Shown here piece by piece: positions 15,885 to 22,163 of a DNA stretch of 22,163 bases. Origin of the DNA: Amoeboradix gromovi X-113 (lineage: Eukaryota > Fungi > Sanchytriomycota). The position numbers were made by a program, and so were the translations under genes. The DNA lies in assembly GCA_018985225.1 (NCBI GenBank), contig JADGIF010000084.1, forward strand, positions 1-22,163, written 5' to 3'. Position 1 is the first letter of the stretch. Each line of letters starts with the position of its first letter. Under the pieces are notes generated by a model that searched no databases, was not told the DNA's origin, and saw nothing but the letters and a program-made list of their open reading frames with translations.

Positions 15885-18032
15885 ATGTTCAAATCATTTG
15901 GGTTGAACGACGAGTTGCTGCGTGGTATTACTAAGTCCAACTACAAGCAACCAACTCCTATCCAAAGAAAAGTGATCCCATTTTTAATGAGCAAAACCAG
16001 TGTTGTAGCAATGAGTCGTACTGGATCTGGCAAAAGTGCCTCGTTTCTAATTCCTTTAATTCATCATTTAAGCAAACACTCTAATACATTTGGATGTAGA
16101 GCACTTGTGCTATCACCAACCAGAGAGCTATCCATCCAGCTGCATAGTCACTATCAAATTTTATCGAAATACACTGACCTACGGGCAATTTTACTAGTCG
16201 GAGGAGACTCTTTGGATGAGCAGTTTGGGGCATTCAGTAGTAACCCGGATGTCATATTTGCTACCCCAGGTAGGCTACTTCATATTCTTGTGGAGATGGA
16301 CCGGAAACTACCAGTAGAATTTCTAATCTACGACGAAGTTGATCGACTGTTTGAACAGGGATTTAGTGTGCAGTTGCACGAGATAAGTACACGTATTCCT
16401 AACAGCAGCAAACGTACAACAGGGTTTTTTAGCGCCACGCTGCCTAATAATGTTTTAGAATTCACTCAGTCTGTATGTGTTGATCCAATTCTAATAAAGT
16501 TAGACTCAGAGCATAAGCTTTCTCCCGAGTTGAATTTGGAGTTTTTTTACAGCATTCCAGAATACAAAGAAGCAGCATTACTTTACGTGTTAAGTGATAT
16601 TATTAAAGTGCCAACAGGTGTTCAGCAAGTTACTAAGATAACACAATTTGCGGGAGACAAGCAAACTATTATCTTTTGTGCTACTAAACATCATGTGGAA
16701 TATCTTTCACTGCTGCTCAAATCACATAACTATGCTGTAGCTCATTTATATGGAACACTAGACCAGTCTATTAGAAATATTCAAACTAGTAGATTTAGGC
16801 AAGCGCAATGCCCTATATTGATAACAACTGACATAGCCGCTAGAGGCATAGATATACCGATACTCCAATATGTTATCAACTATGAAATACCAATTCCAAA
16901 GATATTTATTCATCGAGTTGGAAGAGTAGCGAGAGCGGGAAGAAGCGGGGCTGCCTATACATTGGTCAGCAGAGATGATTTGCCGTATTTTTATGATCTT
17001 AATGAGACTTTAGGAAACACGATAGTTTATGGGGATATGGAAAAGCCCCAAATGAATGACATGCGTATTGGAGGATTTCCTAAATTTGCACTGGATAGGC
17101 TGGTGGAGTCAATTCAGCGACTTAAGGACCCTGCATTAGTAGCGTTAAAATCTTCAAAGAACCATTCGCAGTTAAAATACTCAAAATCTTTGCCAAAAGC
17201 CAGTGGTGATGCATATGTGTTTGGAAAAATATTTGTCAGCGATCACTTGAAAGTACACCTTAAACTACAAGACAAGCTCTACAATAAACCTCAGCAGGAT
17301 CTGGTTGCAAGTATATTTAAATATAGACCAAAAGAGACCATATTTGAGGTAGGCTTGAGGAAGAATAAATGTAACGATAAAAAACAGCTAGCCGTAAATT
17401 CAATCATAATGAGAGACAGAGTATTGAAATCTAAAAAAAATGTAGTTAAACCAAAAGCACAATTAGATAAGGTTCATGGTTTTGATGGAATATGCAATGA
17501 CTACAAGTGTGAGTATTATTTAGATTATAAGCAAGAAAAGTCAACAGATAGTATTGGATACTCGGTTATAAGAAATGCGCAAGACGTAGAAGACATCTCC
17601 TTGGCCTTGCCTGATGATGTAAGAATGCAATCAGGTATAAAACAGAAGTTGGGTAAAATGGTCTGGGATGCAAAGAAGAGAAAGTTTATAAAGATCGCGC
17701 TTGGAAAGAATAATCAAAAGTTGATTAAGACAGAAAGCGGCACAGTTTTACCTGCGTCTTATAAATCAGATAGATTTGATAAATGGAAGAAGAAAAATAA
17801 TGTGCATTTGCCAAGAGATGAAGAAGCGGAGCTAAAGCAATCGCATAACATGCACTGCTCTGCTAACACACTTGGCAAGAGTACAGAATTTAAGAGAAAG
17901 CATGGAAATAAAAAGCTCAACAGCTTTAAAGCAGGCGCTGGATTAAAGTCAGCAACAATGATAACAAAAGATAGAAAAGTTAAGGAAAAGTTAAAAATGA
18001 GAAATGGAAGAAAGCCGAAAGGAAGAAAATAG
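15885..18032 (+). CDS. DBP10: DEAD-box RNA helicase DBP10/DDX54
   Basis: PTPIQ, SRTGSGKS, PTREL, TPGRL, DEVD, SAT, ARGID and HRVGRVARAGR motifs, plus the DBP10 C-terminal WDAKKRKFI..KTESG..PASYKSDRFDKW. Likely start ATG 15885. Confidence 0.93.
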   Translation: MFKSFGLNDELLRGITKSNYKQPTPIQRKVIPFLMSKTSVVAMSRTGSGKSASFLIPLIHHLSKHSNTFGCRALVLSPTRELSIQLHSHYQILSKYTDLRAILLVGGDSLDEQFGAFSSNPDVIFATPGRLLHILVEMDRKLPVEFLIYDEVDRLFEQGFSVQLHEISTRIPNSSKRTTGFFSATLPNNVLEFTQSVCVDPILIKLDSEHKLSPELNLEFFYSIPEYKEAALLYVLSDIIKVPTGVQQVTKITQFAGDKQTIIFCATKHHVEYLSLLLKSHNYAVAHLYGTLDQSIRNIQTSRFRQAQCPILITTDIAARGIDIPILQYVINYEIPIPKIFIHRVGRVARAGRSGAAYTLVSRDDLPYFYDLNETLGNTIVYGDMEKPQMNDMRIGGFPKFALDRLVESIQRLKDPALVALKSSKNHSQLKYSKSLPKASGDAYVFGKIFVSDHLKVHLKLQDKLYNKPQQDLVASIFKYRPKETIFEVGLRKNKCNDKKQLAVNSIIMRDRVLKSKKNVVKPKAQLDKVHGFDGICNDYKCEYYLDYKQEKSTDSIGYSVIRNAQDVEDISLALPDDVRMQSGIKQKLGKMVWDAKKRKFIKIALGKNNQKLIKTESGTVLPASYKSDRFDKWKKKNNVHLPRDEEAELKQSHNMHCSANTLGKSTEFKRKHGNKKLNSFKAGAGLKSATMITKDRKVKEKLKMRNGRKPKGRK

Positions 18033-18471
18033 TAAATTCATGAAATTCTATTTGTGAGCAGTACCTCTTAACCTAAGATGTTTCTATGAGTCTGTGTACT
18101 TTTGTACCACCTTTAGATAGACAAAGCTGATTTCTAGAAATATAATACAATCACGGATTCTTCAATTAAAAACAGGTATACAGATAGAGCCATTATTCAT
18201 CTCAATCAACCGCTATTGCCACGTAATTTTGTGATGTCTCCATCAATGATTTTCAAACTGTATCCCATCCGTTATCCATTACAGAACGGTTAGAAAATTT
18301 ATAATCAGAATTATCTTATCAAGCAGGTAGCCAGAGCTAGGTAAAGTGTTAGATGCTTAAAGGAGTTGCTAGCTTCTCTTTTAAGGCGCTAGTGTCTTGA
18401 GAATTATGTTTGCAAACTAGCCAAATATTTCAATGCGTCTGTCATCAAGCAGTCGGAGAAATAGGATTGTA

Positions 18472-18699
18472 TGGGACACTAAATATAAAAACTAGACCAA
18501 GTCGTCTTTAAAGGAGGTGCTCTATAAGGAGGAAATACTATTATTAATAAAAGTCCTTCTTCTTTCATTAATGTCATTCCCTAAGCAAAAGGTGCAACCA
18601 ATCTGATTAATTTAATTTAATTTACTAGTTAATACACACTTGAAATAATGCTTCAAACTGTTTCAGAAAGTTAGTCTGGTTTTTATATTTGATGTCCCG
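18472..18699 (-). mobile_element. 228-bp MITE ('ghost' copy) of the TIR family with TA target-site duplication
   Basis: TA|TGGGACACTAAATATAAAAACTAGACCAA...TTAGTCTGGTTTTTATATTTGATGTCCCG|TA. The interior is a deleted version of 21958-22156. Confidence 0.9.
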
Positions 18700-18872
18700 T
18701 ATGTTTAAATGGTCTAAAGTTTTGCTTTCTAAAGTTATAAAACATCGTATAAAGTTGTGTAGCCACGTATAAGAAACCAGCTTAGCAGTTAACTCAGAAT
18801 GGGCTTTTATGAAACAGTCTCGAAGGACCCACCCCGACATGAACTTGGAGTCATTTTCTCAAAGACTGTTTC

Positions 18873-20273
18873 ATGCCTCCGACATTAGACAGAGAGCGCC
18901 AGGTGCAACAGCTAAGACGGCGGTATGGAAACAATCTAATAGAGTTTGATTTAGAAGATGCAACTCTTTTGAACTTTACAATAGCTTGCTCAGACCCTGA
19001 GCATAATACCGAATCTCTTCAGGTGGCATTTAAGGTTCCTTTTGACTACTCAGCATCCTGCAATAAAATTGAAATGAAGATAGTTGAAAATAACATTGGA
19101 GATTTAGCAAAGAGCGAGTTAGAGAACCGTTTTAATTTGATCGAGCCTGGTCTAACATTGTTAGGATATACCAAGTGGATAGATAGGCAACTTCCATCTT
19201 TATTTGAAAAGAAGATTAAATTCATAACGCCCGATTCTAAAGTGTTTGAACCAAGAATGACTATATCTCAACCCATAAATTTTGGCGCAAATGAAAGTGA
19301 ATCTTGCATTCCAGATGCGTTGTCTGAATCGTCGTCTGCTACTTCTAACGAGAATGAATACCAAGGCGATAATTCAACTCAACATAGAGGAACCATGTTG
19401 TCATTTCCGGCAGTGGAGATGAAAAACATTGCGCTGTTTGACATATTGAATCTGTCTATTTTAGTTAAGTGCTCCAAGTGCAAGGCATCTATAAAATGTG
19501 AGAACATTTGCCCCAAATTTAGTTTAACACCAAACACTCCCACTGCAAACAAAAGATCAACATCTTGTGCCATTTGTGGCAATATGTGCCAAATTGTCTA
19601 CCGACCGACCTTTGGCTTACGTGGCCAGGGTAGATGTGGATACTTAGATTTTGTCAATGTATTAGCGTTTATAGATGTTCTGCCTAGTTCATATAGAATA
19701 CAATGCGAAGAATGTAGCTCCATTTTTATTATTAAGAGATGGTTTTACAGCACGTTATTCAAATCTAGATGTAGGGAATGTCACCGTGAGATGGAGTTAA
19801 ACTTACTGCATTTTTCCGTCCTAGTCATTGGTGCCTTGTCGTCCTCAAAGGATCTAGGAAGAGGCGTTACAATCTCTCAAAAGAGTCAAAGACTAAAAAA
19901 AGAAGAAGGTATAGTTTTTGGACAGCCCTTGCCTAAAAACGGGGCTTGTACACATTACAGTAAGTCTTTTAGATGGCTTAGGTTTCCATGTTGTGGCAGA
20001 GCTTATGCTTGCGATATATGTCATGATAAAAATGAGGACCACGGATGGTTGCATGCGCCTAAACAAATATGTGGATTTTGTTCCAACGAGCAAAACTCTA
20101 ACTTGAGCATATGCAAATCATGCAACAAAGAGATGACAAAATCTAATACAAGTGCATTTTGGGAAGGTGGCACAGGTACTAGAGATGTTACTAAAATGTC
20201 AAAGAAAGACAATAAAAAGTTTAAAGGACGTAGGAAAGTCAAATCAAATGCTGCAACTAAGAAAAACAAATAA
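18873..20273 (+). CDS. Conserved cysteine-rich protein with a C-terminal CHY-type zinc finger
   Basis: Multiple CxxC pairs; GACTHYSKSFRWLRFPCCGRAYACDICHD...ICGFCSNEQ, FWEGGTGTRD..KMSKKD. Confidence 0.85.
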   Translation: MPPTLDRERQVQQLRRRYGNNLIEFDLEDATLLNFTIACSDPEHNTESLQVAFKVPFDYSASCNKIEMKIVENNIGDLAKSELENRFNLIEPGLTLLGYTKWIDRQLPSLFEKKIKFITPDSKVFEPRMTISQPINFGANESESCIPDALSESSSATSNENEYQGDNSTQHRGTMLSFPAVEMKNIALFDILNLSILVKCSKCKASIKCENICPKFSLTPNTPTANKRSTSCAICGNMCQIVYRPTFGLRGQGRCGYLDFVNVLAFIDVLPSSYRIQCEECSSIFIIKRWFYSTLFKSRCRECHREMELNLLHFSVLVIGALSSSKDLGRGVTISQKSQRLKKEEGIVFGQPLPKNGACTHYSKSFRWLRFPCCGRAYACDICHDKNEDHGWLHAPKQICGFCSNEQNSNLSICKSCNKEMTKSNTSAFWEGGTGTRDVTKMSKKDNKKFKGRRKVKSNAATKKNK

Positions 20274-20342
20274 ACAAGGGTTGCTTTAACCACTGCATCC
20301 TGATATTGCAAATAAATTATTTCCTATTATAAGGAGGACACA

Positions 20343-20942
20343 ATGAAATTGCCAATTTTTAAAACTTTGCCAAATGTCTATGACCCTAGTGAAGATTCAT
20401 TCTTGCTTATGGATGCATTAGAGATCTTAAAAGATATTAATCCTGTGGTTGTTGTAGAGGTTTGCTGCGGTACAGGCACAGTGGGTACTTTTGCGAAATA
20501 TCTGTTTCCAAACTCCCACATAATTCTTAGTGATAAGTTTATAGATCCATGCGTCAACGCGAAAAATACACTCTTAAGAAATAACTTATTGGCTGATGTT
20601 GTTCAAATGAATCTTGCAGACAATTTTAGATTTGGCACCATTGATTTGTTAATATGCAATCCACCTTACGTGCCCAGTGAATCTGAGCTATCTGGAATAG
20701 ATGCGGCTTGGGCAGGCGGTTTGTACGGATGTACTGCAGTAACTGTCCCATTGCTACTTCAAATTAACCGGATATTATCGTCTCAAGGTCAGCTTTTGTT
20801 GTTGCTGTTAAAGGTTAATTTGAAGTATGATTTGTTAAGGCTATGCAATGAAAACAATCTTTCCTTCAGTTGCGTTATTGAAAGACAATGTGGAAGGGAG
20901 TTCTTATTTGTGTTTTCCATCAAAAAGCTGAACATCGCTTAA
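20343..20942 (+). CDS. MTQ2: HemK2/N6AMT1/Mtq2 eRF1 glutamine methyltransferase
   Basis: VYDPSEDSFLLMDAL, VEVCCGTG, NPPYVP and AWAGG motifs. Confidence 0.9.
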   Translation: MKLPIFKTLPNVYDPSEDSFLLMDALEILKDINPVVVVEVCCGTGTVGTFAKYLFPNSHIILSDKFIDPCVNAKNTLLRNNLLADVVQMNLADNFRFGTIDLLICNPPYVPSESELSGIDAAWAGGLYGCTAVTVPLLLQINRILSSQGQLLLLLLKVNLKYDLLRLCNENNLSFSCVIERQCGREFLFVFSIKKLNIA

Positions 20943-20957
20943 TGTTAATGCATTTAT

Positions 20958-21908
20958 TTATTCTGCATTACCAAAGAATATGCATATACAAGTTACATTG
21001 TCTTCCTCCTTAATTTTTTGCAACTGCTTGACAGCATATGATATCAAATGCCGAACGCACTTCTCGGCTTGAATTGGCGGGGTTGTCTTTGTGTTTTCTA
21101 TCTGCTGCTCATCTTCCGCCATTCGTGAGAAATATCTACCACACACTTTTGCAACACCTTCTTTACTGATTGCATCCCACAACCCATCACTGGCAACAAC
21201 AATTGCAAAGTCGCAGGTCTCCTTAACGCTATTAAACACCCATTCGTTGTCCTTCTTGCTCCATGCATTAGACAGCTCTATTTTAAACTGTTGAATCGAT
21301 GGAATGGCAGTAACGCCAATAGATTCCGCGCATTCATCACCAAATGATCGAGTTACTGCTAACCCTGGATATGGTAGTGTAGATTTGAACACGCGCAAAG
21401 GGCCCTCTAAATTAATTAATAAACTACGTGGATCTGTTTTTTCAACCCTGCCACCTCTGTTTTCTATTCTAGCCTTTTCTTCCAGATCTTCGCAATTATG
21501 GTTTTTTGAAGCATAGCGAATCTCAAAATTAGACTCCGTCTTCTTGCATATAATCAAGGTCGAGTCGCCGACATATCCACACGTAACTACACCATTGTTG
21601 TTTACTAGAACTATAGAGCAGGTGGATCCACTCATATAACAGTCTATTTTACTTTGCCTTAGTTGTAGTTCCATGTGATGAAAGCAAGAAGAAACAAGCT
21701 GCTTGTCTGTCATATCTAATATTTTGTTTTCGCTATTTAGATATGCTTCAAGTGTTATTCTTAAAAATTCGGAAATATCACCGCCGTTACCTCCATGACC
21801 ATCCAGTATAGCGTAAATTGATTTGTCTTGAAGTTCTATTATAAGCATCCTGTCCTGCTGATATTCTCTACCGCCTTGGTTTGTTTTGGCTGAATAAACT
21901 TGGTACAT
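20958..21908 (-). CDS. PP2C-family protein phosphatase
   Basis: GGREYQQD, DGHGG, SGST, VGDS, PGLAVTRSFGD, ASDGLWD and DNVT motifs. Confidence 0.93.
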   Translation of the reverse strand: MYQVYSAKTNQGGREYQQDRMLIIELQDKSIYAILDGHGGNGGDISEFLRITLEAYLNSENKILDMTDKQLVSSCFHHMELQLRQSKIDCYMSGSTCSIVLVNNNGVVTCGYVGDSTLIICKKTESNFEIRYASKNHNCEDLEEKARIENRGGRVEKTDPRSLLINLEGPLRVFKSTLPYPGLAVTRSFGDECAESIGVTAIPSIQQFKIELSNAWSKKDNEWVFNSVKETCDFAIVVASDGLWDAISKEGVAKVCGRYFSRMAEDEQQIENTKTTPPIQAEKCVRHLISYAVKQLQKIKEEDNVTCICIFFGNAE

Positions 21909-21957
21909 TTTAAGATAAATATCTCGATTCGTTTCAACTTTTTAACATTAATGCAAA

Positions 21958-22163
21958 TGGGACACCAGTATAAAAACTAGACTAACTCGTTTTTAAAGAA
22001 GGTGCACCATACAGAGGAAATGCTATCATTAATAAAAGATCTTCTATTATACCAATTTTCTTTCATTGATTGTATTCCTCTTTTTAAAATAAAACTAGAA
22101 GACCCTGCATCTCGTTCAAATATATGAGGTCTTTGAGCATCTAAGCAAAGGGTGCATTTTCTT
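21958..22163 (-). mobile_element. Right end of a TIR element, running off the window, with an open Fanzor-like C-terminal frame (22162-21977)
   Basis: TIR TGGGACACCAGTATAAAAACTAGACTAACTCG. The minus frame RKCTLCLDAQRPHIFERDAGSSSFILKRGIQSMKENWYNRRSFINDSISSVWCTFFKNELV* is open to the window edge. Confidence 0.85.

Noticed and set aside
18352-18392. Imperfect hairpin near the MITE as an ncRNA
   Set aside because: Several mismatches, single copy, no family features.
18625-18840. 71-aa ORF
   Set aside because: Runs across the MITE boundary and has no recognisable motifs.
2940-21516. Short ORFs overlapping real genes (2940, 4295, 4631, 11150, 11614, 13476, 13564, 13697, 19379, 19893, 19918, 20021, 21091, 21304)
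   Set aside because: Antisense or alternate-frame shadows of well-supported CDSs with no motifs of their own.
1-22163. Reassigned TAA/TAG genetic code
   Set aside because: Conserved genes are full length in the standard code and end at TAA/TAG/TGA at the expected C-termini.

Overview
AT-rich, gene-dense eukaryotic DNA in the standard genetic code, with almost no introns; the two well-supported ones are only 19-20 nt. An LRRC6/DNAAF11 gene implies a flagellated lineage, probably a zoosporic fungus or relative (inference). Housekeeping genes: LRRC6, C2-domain protein, Pvg1-like pyruvyltransferase, URA3, ACC-synthase-like aminotransferase, LTV1, PX-BAR sorting nexin, DBP10, CHY zinc-finger protein, MTQ2/N6AMT1 and PP2C. 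The intergenic space holds three unexpected things. (1) An intact 495-aa ORF (8578-10065, minus) with motifs of bacterial Abi/UG (defence-type) reverse transcriptases and an altered catalytic motif, bracketed by transposon-end repeats. (2) A family of ~30-bp TIR elements, mostly TA-flanked (8095, 10076-10544, 18472-18699, 21958-end), carrying the C-terminus of a divergent Fanzor/TnpB-like protein that reads into a hairpin-forming end, with a diverged relative at ~14.9-15.1 kb. (3) Three decayed copies of an IS607-like element (TnpA HTH plus Fanzor2/TnpB) with a conserved structured right end ending ACGAGG. All assignments come from manual reading and motif recognition; no searches were run.
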